DNA of 64,000 nucleotides from Chrysomallon squamiferum (lineage: Eukaryota > Animalia > Mollusca), in assembly GCA_012295275.1 (NCBI GenBank), contig CM022667.1, positions 2,294,001-2,358,000 on the forward strand, written 5' to 3'. The notes under the pieces are model-generated. The model saw nothing but the letters and a program-made list of their open reading frames with translations. It did not search any database and was not told the origin of the DNA. A program made the translations under genes and the position numbers. Position 1 is the stretch's first letter; each line of letters starts with the position of its first letter. This document shows, piece after piece, positions 13,153 to 26,931 of this stretch.

Positions 13153-16045
13153 AAGAGTAGGAACCATTTCACAAGTTATGAAAAATAAACAACATACCAC
13201 ATAGTTAGCTCTCTGATCCTGAATAATGTCAGCTGATGTCACTTCAAAATGAATCTGGGTGATATCATTGCCTCCTTCATACGGAATTATTTCTGGAGAA
13301 GCTACATCTAATGAAAGAAAAACAAATTCATTACTTTGTTGTCTGCATATATGTGTGTGGCAGAGAGAGAGAGAGAGATGGAACAAAAGTCAGTAGCCCA
13401 TCTACAGCCATCAAAACAATTCATTTTAAAAATCTAAACTTAAACTTTATAGGATTTTTTAATGCATATTTTTCGACTTTAAAAATTATTTGTCAAGTTA
13501 AATAAAAAATATACAATTTCATACTAATAACATAGTCAAAAAAAATATATTAAAATGTATTATATAGACATCTGACAAAAGCTGTCTCTGCCTAGTTTGT
13601 GTGACACGTCTGCTTTCCCTAGAGGGGGTTTCCTTCACATATCTGTTTTGTCGTTATTTTTACATATTTTCAAAAAACAAAACAAATATCATGACAAATA
13701 ATATGCATATTCAACTTCATCATCATATTTGTTTCTTGACATGTGATATTTGATAAACAACAGAAAATCAGTAGGCAAGTTTATCATTTCAAAGCTTGTT
13801 CATGACTTTAAATCATATAAAAGTTACAAACTACGAATTTCTCTCACAGTCTGTCAAATTCAATAAAAATATTTAGGGAAGTATGAACTTAATTTAATGT
13901 GTTGGGTGTTGTAAGCAAATGATGCAGGCACAGCAAAACTGTTTTATTTTTTGTTTATTTTGTTTTACAAATTGTGTGGCATAATAATTAAATTATGTGT
14001 GACGACAACATATTCACAGTATACTGTATATGAAAAACCTATTTTGCCATCTTTAATGTCACAATTTGTACATTTAATTAATTTGCAAAAACATACAATG
14101 TCATGTCCTGGCTACTTTTCAATTTTACTCCTACTCAACTGGAACAAACTAATTAGAAACTATGTAAGTAACAGCTTGCTCTAAATGGTTAAAACAACAA
14201 ACTCACAGTTTAAGCCAGGACGTGACAATCAAGATGGCTATGGTTGAGAAAATACATGCATGTACAGCAGTTATCAAATATCTGTAAGTAGTGAACTGAG
14301 CAGAGAATTGTGTAACATGTAGAAGACAGAAAAGAATATCTTTCACTGTGTTCAACAGTTTGAACCAAATGGGTAGTGAGAAGAATGCATCTTACAATTC
14401 CATGAAAGACAGGAACACTATATATGGCAAATATTGCCAGTGAACCAGAATGCCTGGCTGCACACAGACAGAAAGATAAAGTAAGAAAAAGACAGCAGAA
14501 AGAAAGAAATAATGAAAATTTAACAAAACAGCAAATAGAAAAAATATGAAAATATGATAGAGAAAGGAAACAGAAGGAAAGACTGAAGAAAAAAAAATAC
14601 ATCAAAGCCACACACAAACTAAAACACTCTCAAAGTATCACAGCACAAGTAATTTAGGGATAGCAATGAAAAGGTTAGCCAAAGTTTTATCAAAGACTCC
14701 ATCTAAAGAAGACCTGTCAGATACAGAGTGAATGGGAAAAATGTTTTTGATAAAATAACTGTTTTAAATTCCCTTGTTCATTAATGATGATCAAAACTGA
14801 TTTTACTTATATTTAATCCTTATTTTTTTATTATTATTAAACAATTAATTATGTAAAAGTATGGTAAATGAGTTAACCTGGCAAAAATTTCTCGTACAGA
14901 ATAATCAACTGTTTCAACACATTGGTCAAATTGTCATATCCTGGCTTATATTTAATTTTTAAAAACCAAAAATTAACATCATAAACCGTAATTTCATGGT
15001 GAATCGCTATGTGTATTCTGAAACAGACTTAATCATCTACCACAGGATACATTTTATAAAGCACTTACTTTCTATGAGAGCAGAGTTTTGGATTTAAAGG
15101 TATGGTAAAAAAATAATGCCCAAATATTGTCACTTCTTGGCATATTTTACTTTTAAATTTCTGGTAAAATATTACATGTCAGACAAAAACAGATATTGCA
15201 TACTTATAGTACTGTGTCTCTATAGAAGATCGACCATCATTTGCTATGAAGAAAGATTTTAGTGATTAGGAATCAAAAAGTGAAAATGTCACATCCTGGC
15301 TGAAATTCTTACCATGGAATAATATGTAATATTGATAGATAGATCTATCTTGGTATCTGTTTAATGAAGTCGTAAGGCAAACTAACGCTAAACTGAAGCT
15401 ATTAATTAACTGATTAAAAAATAAATGCTATCAAAAATATTTAAAGGCCTCTACAATTTACCAGTATTGTAAATGGGTCTTTTCTATACCGGTTTAATTT
15501 TTCTGGCGTTTTTGAGAATTAGGTAGACGTAGTTAATAAGTTATGGCGTATACTATTATAACTATATAATAATAATAATAATAATATATCATGTTTCTGC
15601 TAATTTAAGTAATTAGTGCAATTAATTAAAATTGAATTCTACAATAATAATGTATCTAAGTTTCATTCTGACATATTTGTATTTAATAATATTGTTTTGA
15701 ACATATACCAGATATTCAATGTTTATGTTCATAATGTTGCCAAAAGCGTTGAAAAGGGCAAATACAGGAAATTATTAATTAATCCCAGTTTGAGTTTAAC
15801 TTTCAGTTTCTCCATAGAAATGATTTTGTTCAGATAAAAATAAATTTGTAGTTACCAGTTTGAACTGAGAGAGAATTTTTAGCTATCTCATCATCCGCAA
15901 CTGTCAGATCAAGGTGTCCTGAGAAATCTGCTGAAAATGGATCTTCGTCTTGTTCATCTGCAAGTGCAAGATCCTGAGGATCGGCATCTGGAAAACGTGT
16001 GTATGGTCCTGATTTTGCGCCAAGTTTCTTTAGAAACGATTCCAT
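12094..16045 (-). CDS. SNX21: Sorting nexin-20/21-like protein (PX domain + TPR-like helical C-terminus), ~326 aa; exons 16045-15856, 13307-13198, 12774-12094
   Basis: Phase-consistent GT-AG splicing. PX signature FEV..A......YV.YTI...VEKRYSDFSSL...L....P.......FPKK...GNF..ETIAKRSRAFEQYL, acidic N-terminus, and a C-terminal helical region ending LCWSLGKDK..LE typical of SNX20/21. Confidence 0.88.
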
Positions 16046-16390
16046 TACATTTCTATATATATGTGATCACATTACTTTCAGCCATTTTAAAATTTTATGA
16101 ATATTAATAATAATTATATTTATAGACAATGCTAAAAAAAAAAGGTTTTATTTGCTGGTCACGATAAAAATTGTAAACTTCCTGTTTATTTAACAATTCA
16201 GCAGTAAATGTGGTGCGTATGGTTTACCGTAACTGTTAGAAGAAGTAGCAGGTGCAATACTAGTAATAGTAACAGTAGGGGTATTAGTAATAAAAACTTA
16301 AGATTCGATTAATTTGGTATCACTTCTTTTCTATCTTGAAAGTTCTTTTTTCTACTCGTTACAGATAGACCTTATTTTTAAATTTATTTT

Positions 16391-16428
<38 letters not shown>

Positions 16429-16842
16429 TACCTGTTGCTTCTGTTAGAAGAAAGCGATGTTTTATATTTATTTAGTAACCTGTGTATCTTATTTGTAAAA
16501 AAGCGATTTACAATTAATAACTTTTTAACTATAACAAATATTAATAAACATACAAAAATAAATAAATATATAACTTTGGAATTCCCAATAATAAATCGTT
16601 GTTTTGGGTTATGGATGGTTTATATTGGACATTAATAAGTATCTGAAGGAAAATCAAGGGACCATGTAATTTATTGTGTGATGTCCAAATATTTTAAATG
16701 AATCAATTTGAATGTATTATTAATTAAATAAATTGATGAAAACATATTAAGAAGTAGTTTCAAAATATAAAAAAATGTGTAAGATTATATCAATTATTAT
16801 AGTTCACCAATAGAAAAGAACGAAATAAGTCCTCCCTTCAAA
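16046..16842. promoter_or_regulatory. Divergent (bidirectional) promoter region between the SNX20/21-like and BTB-ZF genes
   Basis: Start codons ~800 bp apart on opposite strands; ETS-like ACTTCCTGT at ~16177-16185. Confidence 0.55.
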
Positions 16843-18862
16843 ATGGCGTCTTTCAATAAGAAAAGTGCTCGTTTTCAGGACATTGAACTAGAAAAGAATA
16901 TTTTGTTGGCACTAAATGAACAGAGAAACACATCACGGTTTTGTGACGTTATTCTCAGGGTTTCAGGTGAACAAATATATGCACATTCCAATGTCCTGGC
17001 TGCTGCTAGTCCGTACTTCGGATCATTTCTTGGGCAGGGAGAAGATATTCCTCGTTCGTTTTCTCAGAAAAACCCTCAAATAATTGAAATTCTTATAGAT
17101 GGCACTGGAGATGAGCATGGTTATGGAGATGCTGTTGGAAAAGTTGTTGACTTTATGTATACAAATACTATTGAACTTACCAGTCAAATCTTGACACAGG
17201 TTTTGGAAATAGCAAAAATAATGCAAATGAAGAAGATAATTAACTTTTGTGAACGTTTTGAGGATGGGGAAATGGGAAATTATAATGTGGCTGTAAGAAA
17301 AAATGACATAGCAACAATGACAGATTATATCCATAATTTTTCACACCAGGCGGCTGGAAGAAGTAATATGAATTTAGATCAGACCAAACTGGTAAGAAAA
17401 CGAGGCCGCCCAAGGAAAAAAACTGTTGAGAGCGAATCAGAAGATGAAAACATTAACTGCTTACACGATGAATCGAATGAAAAAATAGACAATGAAACAA
17501 ATGAGAATAGTTTAAGTGAAATTAAATCTGAGGTAGATCAAAAAGATGATATCCAGGAAGGATCAAACATTGTTGATTGTTCTGAAGATAATCAAATAGA
17601 GACAGGTTTGAGACGAACACGTGGCAGGAAAACCTATCACATCATTATTGAGGTCAACCAGAAGTAAACACAGTTGCTATGGTAAAGATTTTGTAATTCA
17701 ACCAATAAGAAGAGGGAGACGTTGTGGTTTAAAACCAGTTGAGGTTAAAACAGAAAAGTCTAAAGAAGCTGAGAATAATGTAGAAGAAGACAAAGATGAC
17801 ACAGACACAGACTGTGAAACTCGTCAGAAGGAAGGTTTGGAGTACACGTGTTCGAAGTGTAATTTTGAAACTCAGGATATTCTTGAAATGAGAATACATC
17901 GAGAAAGCGAACATGGTCAGAGACCGAAAACATTTTCTTGCAACTGCTGTTCTTTCATCACAAAGAGAAAAAAGCAGTACAAAGAACACATGGCATTTCA
18001 TTTGCATGCAGAACTGATCTGCAGCTTCTGCGACTTCAAAGCAGACACAGAAGAAAGTTTTCATGCTCATTTAGACAAGCACACCGGCCCCACTCCGTAT
18101 TTCTGTCGGCTGTGTGAGGCAAAGTTTAAATCGAGTACACAGCTGAACGTCCACATGCAGAAACACAGAGAGGACAAACCCTACGTGTGCGAGCTTTGTT
18201 CGGCTTCTTTCAGGTGGAAACATGCTTTAAAAAATCACATGATTACGCACAAAGCCACCAAAGACCATTTGTGTGATATTTGCGGCTTCGCTACGGCTCA
18301 CAAAAGTCAGCTGAAGGCTCACCACCTGATACACACAGGAGAGACGTTCAAATGTGACGAGCCAGGCTGCAAGTTCCAAGCTACGAAAAAACAAAACTTG
18401 AAATACCACATGTTGACTCACACGCATGAGAAACCGCACCAGTGCGAAGTGTGTGGGCAGAGTTTCTCTCTTGTCAAGAACATGAAAAGGCACATGTTGC
18501 TGCACATGGAAACCAGGCCTTACAACTGCGGTGTGTGCACCTTTTCCTCAACGCGCTACGACAAACTCAAAGAACATTTGCTGAAGCAACACGGAATCGG
18601 AGAAGTTCCTGGCAAGAAACGCAAGATTACGGATTACAGCAATGCAAAGGAGCAGGTGTCGGTGCCCGTGTTGGAAATTATGTCAGAGGAAACGCTGAGG
18701 ACGGCAGCAACAATAGCAAACATCAACATTGTCGATTCACAGCATGGAGAAACGCAGTTTGTCACTAGCGAAGGAATACCAATTATAACCCAGGTTCAGT
18801 ATGCCGAAGTCAGTGATGACAGTGGGTTGATTTCATATGTTAACGTAGCTGCTGTTGATTAA
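16843..18862 (+). CDS. BTB/POZ + AT-hook + multiple C2H2 zinc-finger transcription factor (ZBTB family, ZBTB24-like architecture); single exon interrupted by a +1 frameshift at ~17629-17632
   Basis: ORF 16843-17667 has the BTB motif (LNEQR...FCDVIL.V....IYAHSNVLAAASPYF) and AT-hook RKRGRPRK. ORF 17621-18862 has about 9 C2H2 fingers with HTG/HEKP-type linkers. Removing one A from AGG-AAAA-CCT joins them (RGRKPITSLL). Confidence 0.85.
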
Positions 18863-20186
18863 AATGATGATGATGTCACAAGCTTTATATATATACCAGC
18901 TCCATTAGTGTTATTAAAATGGAACACACATTGGACAACCAAAGACAAAAACTGTAAGAAATTCCAGGTATTTTATTACAATGTTCCATTCATCATGTGC
19001 TTCTTTCTTAAATGGTAATGTTATTTTTAATGCCATAACTATATATGCAAGAAAACTGTTATTCATTGAAAAATTTATGAAATACAAAAATTATTTAAAA
19101 GAAAACAAAAATTATTGTTTACTGTCAGTTTTAGTTGAAAAGTTAACTAAATTAGTTATTATTGTCTTTTCAAAATATTTAGATTTGATTATCCAATTAT
19201 TTTATTTATATAAATATTTCAGGATTTTATTAATTAAAACAAAACATGACGCCATGCATGCTGGATTACTGAAATTTAGTTATTTGTTAATATTGTCAAA
19301 GTTGACATAATTTTTACAAGTGTGATTTGTTGTTTTTCCATCCAGCTAGTATTAAGTTTGAATTTGTTTTCCTTTTTTTTTAGTGACATCAGTTCATTAA
19401 ATAAACAAATTATTGTTATTAAACTTATAAACCAAACAACAACATCAGTGTTAAATGCTTAAAATTTATTAAACAACAGATTTGTTTTGTTGTTCTTACA
19501 TATTGATCAGTAAGACATTGTTCATAAGCAATTATTTAAATAATAAACTAAAACAAAAAAACACAGTATCCTGAGAAGCTATTTTTCTAATACTTTCTTT
19601 AGTTATTAATTAATTATTTCTACATAAACTTAATTATAAACTTCTCTGTAACTGTATTTTAAAGTTTACCTGTGGAGATATAAAGAATTAGCCTGTCTTT
19701 TTGCCATCAAATTTTAATACTGAGGTATAACAAAAAGAATACAGCTCAGAAGTATCTGGGAGCCACCATTTTTCTGTAGTCATGGCATTATAGATACACA
19801 TGGATCAGGTATCTCTAAGGTTTTTTCTTGCAGCAGAAAGTTATAGTTGTCAGTATACAGTGATGTCATAGATCCAAATGTAAAATGGTGGCAATTTAGT
19901 GTTTTATAAACATTTAACAGTTTTCTTTTATTACCATTTTTTTGTTGAGTGTGATAATATATTTCCTTAAATTATAACATGGAAGTATAATATTACAAAG
20001 AATTTTATTAGAGAATGTATTCATATTTTTCACAGGTACACTTTAAGAACATGCAAATACCAAAAAAAAAAAGAAAGTTGACTATTCACTTGCAGTGTGA
20101 ATAGTCACATCTCTATCTAAACTACAACAAACTAAAATAAAATAATTAAAGAAATGTCAACACTGAAACAATAATACCAGAACTTG

Positions 20187-20218
<32 letters not shown>

Positions 20219-20349
20219 GTTTGTTTTTAAAATAATGTCATATATAAAGTTATCAGTTACATATATAATAATATATTCTGTCATGGAATCACATGTAAAA
20301 ACAGATAAAATAATTTAACTTGTTTGAACAGCTACTAGAACAACAACTA

Positions 20350-22494
20350 TCAACTGCGCCTAGGTACTGCAGATAGTTTGTAATGTTTTGGATGTACGAC
20401 TAGTCCCATTTCAAAAGTTCTTGGATCAGCATCAGGCAGTTTCCCACTCTCTGGAATCACACGGAATCGCTGGACAAGAGACACGGCAAAAAGAAACAGT
20501 CTATTTTTAGCAAGAGTTTCACCCAGACATATACGTCTACCAGAACCAAAAGCCATGAGTCTGGAAAAAAAATTAAATTAAAAAAAACATTTAAAGATGC
20601 CTTTTGTTAAAATTCAAATTAAAATTATTAAGTAACAGATGTATTTAAAATTATACAACTTCTGAAATTTGATTGTGAAATACCATCTAAAACCCCTTCA
20701 TGAATAATCAGTTAATACAGCCAGGATTTTTTTATTCCTACCTGTAGCCTACAGGCAGGACAATGGATAAACTAATGGGATTCTGAATAGTTTAGCTAGA
20801 TTACCTTTGTATTATTTGTGCCATCTGAATGATTCAAATATCTATGGAATTATTTAAGAAAATGAATGAAGTATAAACCAGATGTGAAAAACATATAATA
20901 GACTGGAAAAATTATTTACATTCTCTTTTATTAATTTTTTTTAATTTCTTTTCTTTTCTTTTTTCTATGTTTTTTCACAAATAAAATAGTAATAATAAAT
21001 ATATAATAATAATAAATAATAAAAAAAGAATGTAATTTTCCCAGTCTGTATTGCTATCAAAGATTGATGGTCAAAATAAAATACCTTCTTCTGGTCTCAT
21101 GACAGGAAGATAATAATTTGCCTTCTTCATCTAAGAATCTTGCTGGATTGAATCTCCATGGTTCTGACCAGAATGAATCATGATGCATTGCCCATAAATT
21201 AATATACACCTAAAACAACCATAAAAACTAAACTTCATAAGCATGTACAGAACTTGTATATTATATATTCTTTTTAAATTAATATACACCTAAAACAACC
21301 ATAAAAACTTCACTTCATATGCATGTACAGAACTTGTTTATTACATATTCATTTTATACATACACCTAAAACAACCATAAAAACTAAAATTTATATATAC
21401 TCAACTTGTATATTGTACATTCATTTTAGAATTTGTATATTATAATATTCATTTTAAATTAACAAAGACGTCAAACAAATTCTTAAAGATTTTATATCTG
21501 CAATAAAGGCCTTTGAAAAAGTTTTTAAAACTTTATAAAACAGCATTTGCAAACTGATGTTTCTTATTATATGCCTCCTGTTCACAGACCTGGCCTCACA
21601 TTCAACCATGCATGCAACTAACTCATATACTCTGCATGGTTTTTGATTCAGCCATGCATATCTCCTACACATACACATAACAAACCTAGTCACAGACATA
21701 ATACAGATCTTTATTTAAGTTTCTGAAGTAAAACTAAAATAGCTATCTGAATTGAACATTTTTTTCAGAATATCCACTAATTGAATAATTTAAATTTAGA
21801 AGAAACATTCTGAAAACATTTTTATTTAAAAAATGGGGAAAGGAAATGTAGCCTGTTAAACAAACTAAATATACATACTGAAAATGTTTTATTTAAAAAA
21901 AAAAAAAAAGAAGAAGAAAATTCAGTCCTTTTAATGTTAAACAGCCTAGATCCTAGATATACATTCTAAATTGTAAGTTGAGAAAAATAATTTTTAAAAA
22001 TATAAAATTTTTGTTTTATACATACAGTCATATTCACAGGAATGTACATTATAAACTGTAAATTAATACACTCATATTCACAGGAACATACATTCTAAAT
22101 TGTAAGTTAAGAAAAAGATTTTAAAAAATATTAAAATTTCTGTTTTATACATACAGTCATATTCGCAGGGATCTTGTAGCCTGCAATTTCCGTATCTCGT
22201 AATGTATAATGTGGTACAGCCAATGGTACGTGAGATATCAGTCTCAGCAGTTCTAGGAGGGTGGCCTCGCAGTATGGCATGTTAGGCTTGTCTGACAGAG
22301 AGACGGTTCTTGAAAGGCCTATGTTTGTCTGTATCTCGTCATACATTCGTTCCTGCACCTCGGGGTAGTGTAAAAACAGCAGCAGAAGACTGCTCAGTGC
22401 CGTGGCAGTTGTGTCTGTTCCTGGAAATATCACAAGTTTTAATTAAAGTCAAGTGTCTGAGGATTTTGAATGCAAATATTCAGTCTTACAAAGT

Positions 22495-22525
<31 letters not shown>

Positions 22526-22571
22526 AAGTGTCTGAAGATTTTGAATGCAAATATTCAGTCTTACAAAGCTT

Positions 22572-22620
<49 letters not shown>

Positions 22621-24100
22621 TTGTATATGTATGTGTGTATATACAAATATATATATATAGATATATATATATATAAATATATATTTATATATATATATGT
22701 ATATATATGTATATTTATATATATATATATGTATATTTATATGTGTGTGTATACATACATAAATATATGTACATATATATGTACATATATTTATATATAT
22801 CATTTATTATTATTATTATTAGCACTGATTTATTTAATCAACATGCATCATACGCACAGAAATAGAGAAATTGAATATGTCGACTACCAATAGTCAAAGG
22901 GTATTATTTATAATAATGATAAAAAAATGTACAAATCACACGATGTTACAAACATAGTCTAATATATTTATTATACTTTCTGTTCATTCAGTCACTAATC
23001 GTTTTATATTTTTGAATGGTCATACTTTTCTAATAATAAAATAACCTGTTGGCAGCAGAACAGAAATAAAAAAAAAAAAAATAAAAAAATAATTCAATTA
23101 CTAAGAAAAATGATACAAAAAAAAAAAAAAAAACTGAAACAACCAAAACGTGACTAAACTGATAAACTGTATCTCTGATAAAGATTCGCTGACTTTTGTA
23201 TGTTTACTTTCAATGTCATTGATTTATAAATGGGTCTAATCAGGCCTCTTTATAAACCGTTTTTAAAAGGCGACAGATAAAAAAAGAAACAAACAAACAA
23301 ACAAATTAAAGCAAGAACGAAAATAAAACAAAAGAAAAATAATGTAGGAGAAGAAAACTAAACGATATATCTAAGTAAAATATATATATATACATTTTTT
23401 TTTTTTAATTTTAGAATTGCGAACTACTGAAGTGTATGTTCAATACAGGAAAAAATATATTTAAAAAAAAAAAAAAAAAGTGTAAATTCTTTTAGATAGT
23501 TCCAAGTTATACATTACTTTATTTTATTTATTTATTATTTATTTGCTTATTTATTATGTCGTCAAGACTTTAATTAATAACAAAGTATGTAAATCTGGGC
23601 CCCGCCATTTTTCTACAATAGTCACGTAAGCGAATACTATTGGATTTATCTCATCTGTTTTTTCTAGAATTATCCGAAAAAAATATATAATTATACCCAT
23701 TAGATTGCCGTGTATAAGATGACTTTAAGATTCAGTTTGTAAATAATAAATGCATAAAATAGCCGTGTTAAATTTACTAACGATTTGTTGCAAGTCGATC
23801 AAACCAGCTGAAATAATAACCTGTAAGTATAAATAATATTATTCGACCTTCCATTCATATCGTCATAGGTACATTTTAAAATACATACCAGCCAGAATAA
23901 GATTTGTAAAAACTTCTTTGACGGTTGTTTCTGATATGTCGTATTGTTTACATTTATCATCCTCAAGTAATTTCATCAGTCGTTTTACTATGCAATCATC
24001 TCGATCGTTTTCCTGATTAAAAAAAAAACAACAAAACTCGTCACACAAAAATATATAGTATAAAATATTTAAAACACAAAAATAAAAGTATGCATACAAA

Positions 24101-24153
<53 letters not shown>

Positions 24154-24401
24154 GATCATTATGTGTATTTTCATATATTCAAAAATAAAAATAAAAATGG
24201 AATAAATAACGAAAAGAAAAACAGAAAGAAAGAAAGACAATAATAAACGTCAGTTTTGATTTAATAAAAACGAATAAAATAAAGAAAGAAAGAACAAAAC
24301 TACTATCAACATCAATAAAATGTTATACGAAGTCTAGTCGGTAAATAATTACCAGATTTATTTCAGTTTTGTAATTTCAACGCATTTGTTTTTCCTTTCT
24401 T

Positions 24402-24435
<34 letters not shown>

Positions 24436-25290
24436 CTCTCAGATGTAAACGTGCAGGAAAAATAAAGAAAATGAAAACGAAACAACAACAAAACAAACCC
24501 AACCAAATATGTCTTAGGCATACTTCTGCCACCTAATAAATTATGCTCAGTGCCTTAGTCAGACGAGCCTTACTTTCAAAGCAGACAGTTGTTCCCGCCA
24601 AAACTTGTCCCTAATCGCCATGGCTTGTTGTAATCTTTGGTAACATTCGTCATAGAAAAACCGTGTCCATGGCAACAGATCAATCCTACGAGCTCGTCCT
24701 GTACCGAATGTGTCGTTAAATAAAAAGTTCATTGTTTTCAACTTCTGAAAATTAACACTCGTTGGTTCCATGGTGATCCCTAAAACCTGAATTAATAAAT
24801 AAACTTAATAAGTAGCTGATCAAATATTATGCGGGTAGAGGGAGAGAAAGAGACTAAGACAATGACACATTAAGAGAGAGAGAGAGAGAGAGTGTGTGTT
24901 CTTCTTGTTATTTTCATCAAATACTTATCTCTACAAGCAAGCGGAACATTATAATAATTAATCACTACTAAACCAGGATCAGGTCACTGTGCTGGTCATT
25001 TGATTCTGTGGCAGTCGATGCACTAAACATCTGTGACCAAATGAATTCAAGTATTTCCTCCTGGTAAGAAATGTTACTATAGAGACCATAAGAGCCCCGA
25101 TTTCCTTTGACACCCATTTCATCACCTTTTATTACTTTAAGAATATTTATAAACACATTATTATTGCATCCCTCTTTTTTCTTCTCTCTCTCGCTCTCTC
25201 TCACACACACACTCACAGAGAGAGAAAGAGTGAGAGAGAGAGAGATACAAACGTTATAAGTAATAATCATAACCAGTATCTTTATATCAA

Positions 25291-25365
<75 letters not shown>

Positions 25366-25939
25366 TCTGTATAGCAATTTTCGAACATACCAAATTCAAC
25401 ATTACATTACAAACAGTGTTGTAAATGCTGTCCCACGGATCGAACGGTTGTCCGTTGGTTTCGGAAAACTCTTTTAACATTTGTTCTATCTCTGGAGCGC
25501 ATTTTTCTTCCAGCCTTTCTAACCCCGAACCATACATTTTCAAAGACTTCAGGACCTCCTTCCTCAGAAAGGCTAGTTTGGGCGTGTACGTCTGCCAAAC
25601 GATTGAATGTTTGTTTCTGCCCGACTGCACGGTTCTGTACATGGCCGGTCTTCCAGCCACATCCGAACCTCGGCGCAAAAGAGCTTCGCAGATGCTGTCG
25701 TAGTCGTTCAGGACAAGAATCTCTTCGTTATAAAGTCTAATTCTGAACACAGGCCCCAGTTTATTGGCCCATTCAGAGAGGACGATGTGGCATTTTGTCA
25801 TATCGAGGTTCCAAGCGTTTCCAAGCAGTGGGATCCTGTAAGGGGCGGCTGGGATGTGTCTGTATTTCTGGCGAGAAATGTAAAGGTAGACGGCGACAAG
25901 GATGCCCGCCGTCACACATAACGTCGTTTCCAGGGCCAT
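20350..25939 (-). CDS. Cytochrome P450, CYP2 clan (CYP17/CYP1-like), ~495 aa; exons 25939-25391, 24786-24574, 24012-23889, 22420-22155, 21209-21085, 20560-20350
   Basis: N-terminal TM anchor + proline hinge ([12 protein letters not shown]), I-helix AGTDTT, K-helix ELLR, PARF (PERF-like), heme loop [11 protein letters not shown]; all junctions GT-AG and phase-consistent. Confidence 0.93.
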
Positions 25940-26382
25940 CAAGACGTAGCGGTGATAAAATACTGGAATAAATTATTTAAAAATTGATATAATCATTATC
26001 AACAAAAACAAAAATAATACAGTAATAAAATATTTTATATCTTCATAGCCCACCTAATTCCTTATATAGAGGCATGAAAATAAATTGTTATTAATGTTGG
26101 TTTTGTTCTTGTTCTAGTTGTTGTTGTTGCAATTACTATTATTTGTTTATTTATTCAGCTTCACCCTTTATTCAGACCCTATTGTTTATTTTCCTCATGT
26201 TACATAAATTTACATTGTTGTTGTTATAATTACTACTATTTGTGTATTTACATATTTATTTTCTCTCTTTATTCAGATAATTATTGATTTGATTATTATT
26301 ATTATTATTATTTTTTTTAATATAACTTTTCCTCTTTTTACATAATGATTATATTAAAACGTAATAATTTTATGTTATAACC

Positions 26383-26385
<3 letters not shown>

Positions 26386-26467
<82 letters not shown>
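26386..26467. repeat. (GA)n microsatellite
   Basis: Direct. Confidence 0.98.
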
Positions 26468-26470
<3 letters not shown>

Positions 26471-26526
26471 CAAATTTCCCGCACATTTTTACATTTGACC
26501 TACGTTCACAGACGAATAATTCTTAC

Positions 26527-26620
26527 CTTATTTCCGGGTTCGACACGATGCGACTTGTTAGCAAAACGTCGGTGTATATCCTCGAAAAACTCTACACATG
26601 GATATTACATAATCCACAAC
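26527..26620 (-). other. Probable 5' non-coding exon of the P450 gene
   Basis: Minus-strand donor AAG|GTAAGA at ~26526 and an acceptor CCAG at ~25963, just upstream of the ATG; the 5' boundary is approximate. Confidence 0.5.
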
Positions 26621-26931
26621 TGAATCATTTTTAGCCACATTACTTCTCCGCTCCATGAAAGGTTGTTATAATCGCTGTGTAAATCACAAAAATATATATA
26701 TATACATTTTTTTTTTTTTTAAATGTTAACTGCGATTAACATGCTGATACACACCAGTCAGTATTTCTCCGATAAGACGAACGCGCCGCAGTTCCAGACG
26801 ACAGATGTCCACTGAATCAAGACAGATTTACGTAAGACTTTTTGAAATTACATGTGAGAAAATGCACGCACATGTATTAGGAGAGCACTGCGACCTACGC
26901 TTAGCCGCTAGGCCGGTATATTAGGTTACTG

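Noticed and set aside
17392-17740. Conventional intron from donor CTG|GTAAGA (17392) resolving the ZBTB frameshift
   Set aside because: I found no phase-0 acceptor with a pyrimidine tract nearby, and it would delete the AT-hook
24968-25390. C-terminal extension of the 324-aa P450 ORF (ERERER...)
   Set aside because: Read-through into the intron after the donor at 25390
26885-26920. tRNA-like/SINE-head fragments (also ~57135-57170) and MITE-like bits (~8590-8680, ~62730-62780)
   Set aside because: Too short and degenerate; no cloverleaf, TIR pair or TSD could be established
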